A DNA stretch of 64,000 nucleotides from an uncultured virus (IMG/VR IMGVR_UViG_3300020213_000018) (lineage: Duplodnaviria; Heunggongvirae; Uroviricota; Caudoviricetes): the IMG/VR virus record IMGVR_UViG_3300020213_000018; one strand, given 5' to 3'. Positions 41,141 through 50,787 of this stretch are shown here, piece by piece. Within the stretch, counting starts at the first letter, position 1; every line of letters begins with the position of its first letter. The notes beneath the pieces are model-generated. The model saw only the letters and a program-made list of their open reading frames with translations, was not told where the DNA came from and made no database searches. Both the position numbers and the translations under genes were made by a program.

Positions 41141-41853
41141 TATACTATATTAATTTTGTTTGAAGTTTGTTGTTGTAATATTTTGTGTGCCGATGCGTTA
41201 GCGTGTAAGTATCCGTCGGAAGAACTAAAATATTTTCTATCAGCAGTTATTTTATGGAAGTCAATTTTATAATCTGCGTTGTTATTTCCTTTAATCCAAT
41301 CAACCAAATCAAATAATGATTTTTGTTTTTGGTCTGTTTTTTTTGTATAAAAATCTTTATTAGGTGGCGTAATAGCTAATACTTTTGAACCACTATTACG
41401 TATCATTTTATACATTTCATCCAAATTTCTTTTTGCGGAATCATTTTTACCTAAAGCATAAATATCATTGCTTCCACCAAGTATAGCTACTAAATCATAC
41501 TTATTACCTGATTTTAACTCATCCGATAATTGTTTTTTCATCCAATCAGTCTTCTCACCTACTTTAGCAATTTTTTTAATTTTTAAATTAGGGAATTGTT
41601 TTCTTAGTTGGTCTGCATAACTCCAACTTGCAGCAGTATTACTATCACCTATAAATAGAATTGATTTAACCTTACCATCATCTTTAGTAGAATTATCTTT
41701 AGTGGAATTATCCTTAGTGAAAGTGTTTTTACTTTTATTTGGTTTAGTAAAATAATAAATTAATCCAACGGCAGATAAACCCGCTAAAACAATAATACCC
41801 GTTATTATATTCTGTTTTTTCAATTTATTTTTTTTCAACAATTTTAATTTCAC
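41140..41853 (-). CDS. SGNH/GDSL hydrolase with N-terminal TM anchor
   Basis: FIGDSNT, GGSND, DGYLH. Confidence 0.9.
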   Translation of the reverse strand: MKLKLLKKNKLKKQNIITGIIVLAGLSAVGLIYYFTKPNKSKNTFTKDNSTKDNSTKDDGKVKSILFIGDSNTAASWSYADQLRKQFPNLKIKKIAKVGEKTDWMKKQLSDELKSGNKYDLVAILGGSNDIYALGKNDSAKRNLDEMYKMIRNSGSKVLAITPPNKDFYTKKTDQKQKSLFDLVDWIKGNNNADYKIDFHKITADRKYFSSSDGYLHANASAHKILQQQTSNKINIV

Positions 41854-42079
41854 TATTTAACCCATCAACTATTGATTGAATTTTAGGTAAATCTTTTGGT
41901 AACATTTTTATATGAGTATCATCATTAGTACTATTAAGATTATTATTTTTTGCTTTATCCTTTTCTTTCTTCTTTTTATATTGTTTATGTAAGTACATAC
42001 CACCATAATAAGCACCAACTAAAACCGTAGGTACTAACACTATAATCGCAATGTTTTTTATCAACTTACCCTTATTCAT
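41825..42079 (-). CDS. Small N-anchored membrane protein
   Basis: 84 aa, TM followed by a basic stretch. Confidence 0.7.
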   Translation of the reverse strand: MNKGKLIKNIAIIVLVPTVLVGAYYGGMYLHKQYKKKKEKDKAKNNNLNSTNDDTHIKMLPKDLPKIQSIVDGLNSEIKIVEKK

Positions 42080-42088
42080 TTAAAATAT

Positions 42089-42586
42089 TTATTTATAAAT
42101 AGATTTTAATTTTTTGAAATCAGATTTTACTAACGCATCTAATTTTGGATTTGCTTTCATATCACGGATTAAATTAGTATAGAATTTGGATAAATTACAA
42201 TCATCATCACTAATTACCCTATTGCAATTTAATTTAAGATACTTACGGACAGCATCTCTCATTGTTGTACCATAACGACCATCAACGGTTATACCTGCAT
42301 TATATTTCCAATTAAGCCAAGTTTGAAACATACCAACTTGTGTGCCTTTTGCACCTACTTTTAAACCCGAAGTACTTGTTTCTTTTTCTGTACTCGTTGT
42401 TTCGTCAGATGTTATTGCTCCACCCGATTCAACACCACCACCGCTAGGTGTAGAGCCACCTCCTGAATTATCATCTCCGCCTTTTTTGTTTTTATTTTTA
42501 TTGTAAAAATAAATACCTGTCGCAGTACCACCAACCACAACAACACCTATAATTATCCCGATTATTATTTTAGTTTTTCTTTCCAT
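42089..42586 (-). CDS. N-anchored protein with peptidoglycan-binding-like domain
   Basis: LKVGAKG..V..FQTWLN...VDGRYG..M..AV. Confidence 0.7.
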   Translation of the reverse strand: MERKTKIIIGIIIGVVVVGGTATGIYFYNKNKNKKGGDDNSGGGSTPSGGGVESGGAITSDETTSTEKETSTSGLKVGAKGTQVGMFQTWLNWKYNAGITVDGRYGTTMRDAVRKYLKLNCNRVISDDDCNLSKFYTNLIRDMKANPKLDALVKSDFKKLKSIYK

Positions 42587-42600
42587 GTGATTTATTTTTA

Positions 42601-43122
42601 TTATTTAACTTTAGTAAAGGCTGATTTTTGAGCAATTATATCAGTAATTTTTTCTAATTCCCCTTTACTCATAACCTTATTTAATTGAAATAATAAGTTT
42701 AATCCACTATTAGCTGTAATATAAGATTGAGCTATTTGAGCAATGGCAACCTTATCTCTTAATCCATTAAACACGCCATAAATTTTATCTTCATCTTCCG
42801 TGAAACCTGTAATAGCTTCATCCAAATTTTTTCTAATTCTCGTAATAGCTTCTCTGTTTAATTTTATTATAGCATATCCATTTTTTTTTGCAATATCTTC
42901 AACTTTATTAACATAAGAATCACCATTGAAAACATCACCATAATCTCTAATATCACCATATACATTTATTCTATTTTCAAGAACATTACTTATAGCTATC
43001 ATTAAATTTTTATTTCTCCATTTACGGTATAAAAGAAATCCTGTACCACCAACAACTAAGGTAGAACCAAGCATGATAGCTACATTCCTTGTATTTAATT
43101 CTATTCCTAACAATTTTGCCAT
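42601..43122 (-). CDS. N-anchored protein with annexin-like repeat
   Basis: LDEAITGFTEDEDKIYGVF..LR...IAQSY...G.NL..QL. Confidence 0.55.
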   Translation of the reverse strand: MAKLLGIELNTRNVAIMLGSTLVVGGTGFLLYRKWRNKNLMIAISNVLENRINVYGDIRDYGDVFNGDSYVNKVEDIAKKNGYAIIKLNREAITRIRKNLDEAITGFTEDEDKIYGVFNGLRDKVAIAQIAQSYITANSGLNLLFQLNKVMSKGELEKITDIIAQKSAFTKVK

Positions 43123-43140
43123 TTGAATATTTTTTATAAA

Positions 43141-43569
43141 TTATTTAATCCCTGTTTTTAATGCTGAAACAGCACCAATAGATTTAATCGGATTTTTTAA
43201 TAATCCCCAAACTAACAATGCAAGTCCACCAACAAGTACACCTACTATTATTAAAAAAATCCATTTACCAATATTAAAAAAACCTCCAACAGAATCAATA
43301 ATATCTCCACCAAAATCAGTAACAGATTGAATTGTTGTTTTATCAAGCTCAACACCCTCACCCTTCATGTATTCACGTAAATCACCTGTTGAAGCACTAC
43401 TATTCTTACCACCACGTAAATCCCATGCCTTAATCCAAGTAATATTAGCGTTCTTTTTTCCTAAAGTACGTTTGAGTTTTATATGCCATTGCTTCCAAGC
43501 CTCACCCGAAGAAGACTTCGTTGGCATACTTGAAATAACAGGATGTTGTTTCCACTTTTCTAAATTCAT
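43141..43569 (-). CDS. C-terminally anchored membrane protein
   Basis: Trp-rich N-terminal domain, C-terminal TM. Confidence 0.8.
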   Translation of the reverse strand: MNLEKWKQHPVISSMPTKSSSGEAWKQWHIKLKRTLGKKNANITWIKAWDLRGGKNSSASTGDLREYMKGEGVELDKTTIQSVTDFGGDIIDSVGGFFNIGKWIFLIIVGVLVGGLALLVWGLLKNPIKSIGAVSALKTGIK

Positions 43570-43580
43570 TTCCTTGTTTA

Positions 43581-45089
43581 TTAAATTTGTTTATAATAAG
43601 GTCGCATAAAACATTTTTTATATTTCACGCCATCAAGTTTAACAATATCATCATCCCACCAATGTAATTTTCTACCAAGTGCTGTTTCAATAGTAGATAT
43701 TGAAATTTCTTCACCAAGATAACCTGTAAAATTTGTTTCTTTCATTGAACCGCCTTTAGCGTATGTACCCTTTGCGTGAAATTTAGCATCAATAACTGTT
43801 TGCATATTTTCTTTAGGGTAAATCCCTACATCAAAAGTTTTACCAACAAAATATTTTTTCGCTTCTTCTTCCGAAATAGAACCACTAACGTTTGTTGAGT
43901 AGTTATATTTTGGGTTTTTAAAAATGACATCAACCATACCTAAATTTTTGGTATAGTCATCCATTCCACCACCTTTGGCGTGTTTGTTATCCTTTTCTCT
44001 TAATAATTGTAGCACTTCATTAAAACGAGCAAGTTTAACTTCTCTTTCTTTTCTTAGTGCTTTTGCCTCATCTGATACATCACCCTCACGATAAGTTCCT
44101 AATCTACTACTATTCAAATCTCTTTGAAGTTTACGTAACTCTTTCTCTAAACTTTCAACCACACCGCCTGTGGAGTATCCGTTATCTTTTTTTAGATATT
44201 CAAAAACAATTACGTACCCATCATTTAGCTTATCATCTCCATCTCCATACTTTTTTATTTTCAAATTTCTGTATTCAACAGATTCAGAAGTTTTCATTAA
44301 ATTAAATCTGTTTGTTGCTTCTTTTTTTGTCTTAAACTTTATGGTAGTTCCTTTTCTCCATTCACCAACTACTCCACCTGTTTTCATTTCATCCCAATTA
44401 GTTGAGTTATCCAACCAATCTTTTTCTGATTTAGCATTAACGAACTCTAACCAACTATCCGAAATATGTTCACTTGCTGCATCTGTAACATCCAAATCAT
44501 ATAAAAAATCTTTCTTTTGTTTTTCACTTAATTGATTCCAAATATCTCTTGCCTCCTTATGGCTATCGGGGAACATGGCATACAAATCATTGTAGTCTTT
44601 ATTATTACTTGCGGTTGAACCATCGTTACCCCAATTATCAGAAATTATTTCACCACCTTTTTTATATTCATGCGTTTTACCAAATATATCCGCCATTCTT
44701 TTTTTGAATCCACCGCTTCTCCAAAAATCACTTGCTTCTTTTGAATTAGGATTAATACCTTTTTCTTCTACTTCTTTTTCAAAATCAGAATCTAATTCTG
44801 AAACTTTTTTTGTTTGCTCGGCAGTCCAAACATTACCGCCTTCATCAAACCTCATACCTCTTTTAGCAGATGCTTTTTTATCAGACCTCTCCAAACGATT
44901 CTCGTAATATATATCATCACGCTTACCGTCATGGAAATCTTCAATTTCTGATTGCGTAGGTCTTCCGAATTTATTATCCCCTTTATAGCGGTAGCCTACG
45001 GGTTTACTTTTACGTAACCCATCGGTATGTCTATTATCTCGGTAATCACGCCCCTTTATTATTCTACTTTTTTTCTTTGACATTAACAT
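43581..45089 (-). CDS. GG-delimited modular polyprotein A
   Basis: Six [FYMH]xxGG motifs; N-terminal YYENR..RSD; C-terminal KKCFMRPYY. Confidence 0.8.
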   Translation of the reverse strand: MLMSKKKSRIIKGRDYRDNRHTDGLRKSKPVGYRYKGDNKFGRPTQSEIEDFHDGKRDDIYYENRLERSDKKASAKRGMRFDEGGNVWTAEQTKKVSELDSDFEKEVEEKGINPNSKEASDFWRSGGFKKRMADIFGKTHEYKKGGEIISDNWGNDGSTASNNKDYNDLYAMFPDSHKEARDIWNQLSEKQKKDFLYDLDVTDAASEHISDSWLEFVNAKSEKDWLDNSTNWDEMKTGGVVGEWRKGTTIKFKTKKEATNRFNLMKTSESVEYRNLKIKKYGDGDDKLNDGYVIVFEYLKKDNGYSTGGVVESLEKELRKLQRDLNSSRLGTYREGDVSDEAKALRKEREVKLARFNEVLQLLREKDNKHAKGGGMDDYTKNLGMVDVIFKNPKYNYSTNVSGSISEEEAKKYFVGKTFDVGIYPKENMQTVIDAKFHAKGTYAKGGSMKETNFTGYLGEEISISTIETALGRKLHWWDDDIVKLDGVKYKKCFMRPYYKQI

Positions 45090-45210
45090 TTTTTGTTAAA
45101 AAATATACCCTATAAAAATACTCAAACTAACTGATTATCAGTAACATTTATACTTTACTATCCTGACATTATTAAGTGTAAAATTTAGTAAAGAGTAATT
45201 TTTTAGCTAA

Positions 45211-45393
45211 TTAAAGTTTGCCTTCTTTTACTAATAATGCACTTGCTTTTTTAATTGCAGCAGTCCATTCCATTTTAGGATTTGCTAAACGAAGTTCTTT
45301 TGCACGACCTGAAATAATTGTCATGCGATTTCCACTTCCTGACTTTGCTGATTTCTTTGCTACTACTTTTTTTACTGCTACTTTCTTTGCCAT
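45211..45393 (-). CDS. Small basic (histone-like) putative core protein
   Basis: 60 aa, K/A-rich. Confidence 0.7.
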   Translation of the reverse strand: MAKKVAVKKVVAKKSAKSGSGNRMTIISGRAKELRLANPKMEWTAAIKKASALLVKEGKL

Positions 45394-45415
45394 GATGTTT
45401 ATTTTTTTTTGTTAA

Positions 45416-46630
45416 TTAAATTATAATATTAATTATTTCGTAATATGGTTTCAAAAAACATTTTTTTAGTTTTATTGAACCTACTGTATGAATTGGATAA
45501 TCAAGTTTTTCACTACCTATAACTAATTTCAAATTACTTTCTGCAACTTCATTCTTTTCATTTGCATACTTACGAACTTCGTCTTCAATAGTAGGAGGTA
45601 ATTTTACAGGCTCTTGTAATTTATCATCATCATGTAATTTTTTAATATCACCACCATTTTCCATTTTATGTAAATTTCGATATAATTTTACACGTCGTTG
45701 CCAAAGTCCACCAAGTTGTTCTATCTTATGTAAATCTTCTTTTGTTAATTCTTCTTTACCGTCATTAAGCAAATTCATTTCTTTAGCTTTCCCTTTGATA
45801 TAACCACCTTGCTTATAAAGTTCCTCTGATTTAGGACTTAATAATAATTCATAGACAATATTTTCAGGTCTAATAAATTGCATTTCACCTTCCGTGTATT
45901 TATCTTCTGATATATTACCTGATAATTTTCCAATACCCTGAGTGCCTTGAACAACTTTATATTGAATCTTACCATTCTGCCATTCAGAAATTATTGATTG
46001 AGCATCCTGTTCGTTTTTTGCACCTTCGGTATAAATTGCGTAGTCTTCAATAAATATACCTGCGGTATAAGTATGTTCCCCTGTAACTTTATACAAATTA
46101 ATTACCTTGTACTTTTCTGTACCACTTGAAGATTGCCAACCAAAACCGATACGAATTAAATCAGTTATTATCATCGGAAATGATTTTAATAAATCTGATT
46201 CGGCTATTGTAATATTTTCTGCTTTATCTGAATCACTTTCAATATTACGGGAAAGACCATAAGTTATTTTAAAAACAAACTCGTATCTAACAATATATTC
46301 GTCTTTTTTATTTTTACCTTTTTGTAATTTTTTTATTTCCTGTTGTGCCTCATCATCAGAATTAAATTTTAAAACATTAAAATCCGAATAAGTAGCTTCA
46401 AACGATTTATTTTTTCTATCAATACAATATGGGATATAAAATTGACCTAAGTTAGTATATAAAAGTTCGTCAAATCTAACTCCATTATTATCTACAAATG
46501 TAATGTACGGATGTTTGTGTCTGCTAAAACCCATACCCGCTTCAATAAATCCCGCATTTTGGAAATCAAAACGTTGAGCTTGTTGTTTTTCAACAACAGG
46601 AGCATTATTATTATTATTATTTTCGTTCAC
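45416..46630 (-). CDS. GG-motif protein B
   Basis: YKQGG, MENGG; C-terminal KLKKCFLKPYY; GTG start. Confidence 0.8.
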   Translation of the reverse strand: MNENNNNNNAPVVEKQQAQRFDFQNAGFIEAGMGFSRHKHPYITFVDNNGVRFDELLYTNLGQFYIPYCIDRKNKSFEATYSDFNVLKFNSDDEAQQEIKKLQKGKNKKDEYIVRYEFVFKITYGLSRNIESDSDKAENITIAESDLLKSFPMIITDLIRIGFGWQSSSGTEKYKVINLYKVTGEHTYTAGIFIEDYAIYTEGAKNEQDAQSIISEWQNGKIQYKVVQGTQGIGKLSGNISEDKYTEGEMQFIRPENIVYELLLSPKSEELYKQGGYIKGKAKEMNLLNDGKEELTKEDLHKIEQLGGLWQRRVKLYRNLHKMENGGDIKKLHDDDKLQEPVKLPPTIEDEVRKYANEKNEVAESNLKLVIGSEKLDYPIHTVGSIKLKKCFLKPYYEIINIII

Positions 46631-46642
46631 TATAAATTATTA

Positions 46643-46840
46643 TTAATCTTTTAATAAACCCTTATCATCACTAGACAAACCTAATTGTCTTTTTAGTTTA
46701 AGTATTTCAAGTTTTGTTTTTTTCAAATCAAAATAATTTTTATAAGCAACGAAGACTACTCCAACTATTACCAAACCACCAACAACGGTAGCTGAAATAC
46801 CTATAACTTTCATTAGCGATTTAACTTCCTTGTCACCCAT
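46643..46840 (-). CDS. Small single-TM protein
   Basis: 65 aa. Confidence 0.7.
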   Translation of the reverse strand: MGDKEVKSLMKVIGISATVVGGLVIVGVVFVAYKNYFDLKKTKLEILKLKRQLGLSSDDKGLLKD

Positions 46841-46939
46841 TTTAAACAGTTTTATTTAACATTAAAATATTTTTAAACTTATTATTATACGAATCTTATC
46901 TTTTAACACAGCACATCAAATTTATTACCATTAATTTTT

Positions 46940-49177
46940 TTACGAATCTTTTAAACAACATTTATTAGAAAAACTTTCTAATGGAACTTTATGATAAATA
47001 ACATCAAATTCTTTTACCGATTTTTCATAAAATTTATCAAGTTTTTTTATAACATGATGTCCAATATTTTCAAAACATTCATTACAATCAGGAGAATCTA
47101 ACTTAAATTTTAAAGTAAATACTTCTTCGGGTATATTTATTTCAATAGGATTTACTACTGCATTAAATATAGGACGACCAAGTTCTTCAAAACAAGTATT
47201 ACAATCATCAATTAATTGATTACGGTCTTTAATCATAGAATTACTGAATGGTCTAATCCAATTAGGTCTTGTGTGAGGTCGTGGCGACATAAATTTAACT
47301 TGTTCCTCTGTACGACTATTACCATCACTACATTCAGTAGATTTATCTAATCTTCCACAAATAGTTTCTTTTGAAGTTAAAATATCAACTTTACTAATTT
47401 GCTTGTAATACATTATAAAAGTAACTTCTGAATTTGGAGCAATAGTATATTGATTAATAGTTGTAAGGCAATCAAGTATCATGTCCTTACATTCAAAATC
47501 AAGTGTTGAAATATTAGGTTGAAATTGGTCAGTAGATATTGTTATATTTGGTAAACGTGGATTAATACATAAATTACCATTAGCATCTTTAGTTTGTATT
47601 TCGAGTGGAACAGTAGTTTGAGCAACACTTTGAGTAAAAAACTGAATCTGTCTTACACAAATAGGATTATTTCTTAAATCCTGAATAAACTCATTGTAAT
47701 CTTGGCTACCAACAATGTAACACATACCTTGTGTACCACAGAGTTTTGATACATTGTCTTGAATCATAGAGCCATTATTATTTCTTGTTACCCAAACAGA
47801 ATTATTAAAACTATCATAGGCAAACGAACCATACTCTATTAAACTCACAACTGTTAATGTTACAGGAACAGTATTAGCAATCGTATTTGTAGCACAGTTA
47901 ATAATAATAATATTATTACCATTATAAAAATCATTGAAATAAATTATATTATAAATATCAATACACATCAATGAAGATGTATTAGAACAAGCTACGGCAT
48001 TTGAATAAGTAAATGAACTTAAAGTAAATTCAACAATATCCGTTCCTGCTGAATTAACATAATAAATAGAATTTTTTGTATCATTATAACAAATAGCACT
48101 TCCCCATAATGATGCAGTAGAAGGAGCAATATAATTTGATATAAGAGTATTTGTAGCAGCATTAATTAAACTAAAACTTGTAGATAATGAGTTAACTGCA
48201 AAAGAAAATGTATTTAAACCATCTACCCAAATAACTATACCTCTAACATCTCCTGCTAATGTAATATAAACCCCTCCTGTGTTTGTAGCACAATCTAACA
48301 CCTCAATATTACCATCAGAACCCATACCTAAATACATTGTATTATTAGTTGGATTAAAAGCAATACTTCTTATATTATTTCCTGATGTAGAACCAAAAGA
48401 ACCTACATAAGTTTCTGTTGCACAATCAATAATATCGAGTGAATTTCCAATAGGCAATAAAGGATTTTGTGTAATATACACTCTATTGTTTATTGGATTA
48501 TAAACAGCTTGACCACCACCTAAACTTATACTTGTTAAAGAAATAGTATTTACAACCGTGTTAGTGTTCGGGTTAATAATATTTAAAAATCTATCATCAA
48601 CAACATAAATTCTATCTGTTGAACTCACATATACGGTTGCGTTATTTAATGCTCCCAAAGGTGGAAAAGGCTGAGTTACAACAGCACACTCAAAAGAAGG
48701 ATAGGTTGTACCTGCCGATGGTGGAAAATTCATAATAGGACTACCTAATGGATTCAAAATAGGAACATAACCATTTGGTGTATTTGGTACAGGTATAATA
48801 GAAAATCCATCAAATAAATTAAATGAACATGGTAAGTTTGTTGGATTTACCATCTTAAATAAAACCGCATTAAATATTTTTTGTAGAGGAAGTTTTAATT
48901 TAAACCTTTTTTCTAAAGGTGGTTTTGGGTAATAAGGATGCCCTATGTTTTCAATACACTCGTTACAATCTACATCAGCCTGAGTATGATGTTCTTGTTT
49001 GTTTTTACGTTTATGTTTTTTTCTAACATTAACATCAACGTGAGTAGGTACAGGCTTAGTATTTGTTTTTGTAATTGTATTTGATTTTATTGGAAAAGGA
49101 GTTACATCACCATTATTAGTATTAATAGGATGAGTGGAATTATTGTTAATTTTATTTATTTTACGATTTTCATCCAT
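46940..49177 (-). CDS. Capsid-paralog protein with inserted YVTN-like beta-propeller (minor capsid/turret candidate)
   Basis: Repeats such as YNPINNRVY..IIDCAT.T; flanks align by eye to 60507-61262; three DCNxCxExxG motifs. Confidence 0.75.
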   Translation of the reverse strand: MDENRKINKINNNSTHPINTNNGDVTPFPIKSNTITKTNTKPVPTHVDVNVRKKHKRKNKQEHHTQADVDCNECIENIGHPYYPKPPLEKRFKLKLPLQKIFNAVLFKMVNPTNLPCSFNLFDGFSIIPVPNTPNGYVPILNPLGSPIMNFPPSAGTTYPSFECAVVTQPFPPLGALNNATVYVSSTDRIYVVDDRFLNIINPNTNTVVNTISLTSISLGGGQAVYNPINNRVYITQNPLLPIGNSLDIIDCATETYVGSFGSTSGNNIRSIAFNPTNNTMYLGMGSDGNIEVLDCATNTGGVYITLAGDVRGIVIWVDGLNTFSFAVNSLSTSFSLINAATNTLISNYIAPSTASLWGSAICYNDTKNSIYYVNSAGTDIVEFTLSSFTYSNAVACSNTSSLMCIDIYNIIYFNDFYNGNNIIIINCATNTIANTVPVTLTVVSLIEYGSFAYDSFNNSVWVTRNNNGSMIQDNVSKLCGTQGMCYIVGSQDYNEFIQDLRNNPICVRQIQFFTQSVAQTTVPLEIQTKDANGNLCINPRLPNITISTDQFQPNISTLDFECKDMILDCLTTINQYTIAPNSEVTFIMYYKQISKVDILTSKETICGRLDKSTECSDGNSRTEEQVKFMSPRPHTRPNWIRPFSNSMIKDRNQLIDDCNTCFEELGRPIFNAVVNPIEINIPEEVFTLKFKLDSPDCNECFENIGHHVIKKLDKFYEKSVKEFDVIYHKVPLESFSNKCCLKDS

Positions 49178-50022
49178 TATGTTTTTACAGGTGTAGAATC
49201 GGTTTTAACAAAACATTTTTGGACTTGTCCTTTTGAGAATTTATCAATAAAATCTTTAATAATTTTATATCGCTTATGATTAGATTTATTGTTAGCATCT
49301 TTGAATACATACAAAAATGCTTGATGCGCTTCTATATCAGGGAAATCTTGCGATAAATAAATCATTAATCCATTTATATCAGCACCACTTTCATAACTGA
49401 TAGGACGATTAATTTTTGGATTCATCCATTTATGAGAATACTCATGCAGTAAAATAATTATTCTCATCGGTACAGTATATTTCAAAAATGCTGATTTTGA
49501 AATTTCTATAACACCCGAACCATGACCAATCCTAGCAGGTGTGCTAACAAACCTACCTGTTTTTCTATCACGTATCTTGATATAATAATCAATAGTGAAT
49601 TGATTACTTTCATCTCTATAAATATGTGGGATTCTATCACCCGCAGTAAAATTTGAAGCGTTCTCTGCAAACTTTTTTGCAAATTTTAAAAATGCAACTG
49701 TTTCAGGCGACATCCATATTGGACAAACTCTTGATTTTTCAATTTGTATTTTAGTTACCTTAAAACTACGGTCTTCTCCATTCCTTTGTAGTCCGTTTGC
49801 TGCATTATAAACTGCAAGTAAAGTGTTTTTAGGACTAAGTGGCATTTTTACTTCGTAAGTTCTTTCTCCATTTAAAATATCTTTTCTGTTTTCATACATA
49901 GTTGGATAAATTTTTTGCTTATCCAAGTCTGATGCCACAATACGAATAACTTGTGGTGAATTTGTTTTCACAGAAATTTTTATTGTAACAGGTTTTTTAT
50001 TAGTTTTTATTGGCAGTATCAT
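49177..50022 (-). CDS. Zincin-like metalloprotease
   Basis: IILLHEYSH (HEXXH) followed by ESGAD. Confidence 0.75.
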   Translation of the reverse strand: MILPIKTNKKPVTIKISVKTNSPQVIRIVASDLDKQKIYPTMYENRKDILNGERTYEVKMPLSPKNTLLAVYNAANGLQRNGEDRSFKVTKIQIEKSRVCPIWMSPETVAFLKFAKKFAENASNFTAGDRIPHIYRDESNQFTIDYYIKIRDRKTGRFVSTPARIGHGSGVIEISKSAFLKYTVPMRIIILLHEYSHKWMNPKINRPISYESGADINGLMIYLSQDFPDIEAHQAFLYVFKDANNKSNHKRYKIIKDFIDKFSKGQVQKCFVKTDSTPVKT

Positions 50023-50046
50023 GGTGCGTTTTATTTTTTTTAAAAA

Positions 50047-50787
50047 TTATTTTGCTAATACTGCTGTTGGTTTTTTCATATACTTAAATACTAAAAAACC
50101 TCCTATGGCAATAACTCCAACTATCACTGTAATTCCTAATGGAGTTTTAAAAAAATTATTTTTTTCTATTGATGAAGATTCACCACCACCACCACCTGAC
50201 TGTTGTGTCACTTGTTCTTCTGTAATTTTATTTTGTTCTGCCATACACTTATCGTATTCCTGTCTTCTTTTACCTTTTCTTCTTACACCACGTTTCCCAC
50301 AAGCAGAAGTTGCTCTAGCTTCTCTCTTAGCTAAACGATTTGACAATAAAGCAGCACCCGCTTGTTTTAATTGTTCTTTTTGTTCGTCACTCAAATTAAA
50401 ATTAATTTTTTCTATTTCAGGCTTAGTTGATGAAGTTGATTTTGTAGATGAAGTTGATTTTGTAGATGAAGTTATTATAGGTCTATCATCTTGTCTTATT
50501 GAAGTAGAAGCACCTCTATCAGAAACACTTTTTAAATAAGATGTATAATCTTTCTTTCCCTTACTCCAAGCAGCACTTGTGTTTTTACCCCACTTACCAT
50601 CTACAACTAATTTTCCACCTTTGTTTTCATTATACCAAGATTGGAAATTTAATATTTCAGATGATTTACTTGAACCACTTATTGAAGAATATAATGGAAA
50701 ATACACATCATGCGGTACAAGAAATAAACGAACATCTTGCTTATCTAATAATTCATCAGGAGTATTTATTGGGTCGAAACTTATCAT
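50047..50787 (-). CDS. Tail-anchored protein with PG-binding-like and basic Cys-pair domains
   Basis: FQSWYN...VDGKWGKNT; ACGK...EYDKC; C-terminal TM. Confidence 0.8.
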   Translation of the reverse strand: MISFDPINTPDELLDKQDVRLFLVPHDVYFPLYSSISGSSKSSEILNFQSWYNENKGGKLVVDGKWGKNTSAAWSKGKKDYTSYLKSVSDRGASTSIRQDDRPIITSSTKSTSSTKSTSSTKPEIEKINFNLSDEQKEQLKQAGAALLSNRLAKREARATSACGKRGVRRKGKRRQEYDKCMAEQNKITEEQVTQQSGGGGGESSSIEKNNFFKTPLGITVIVGVIAIGGFLVFKYMKKPTAVLAK

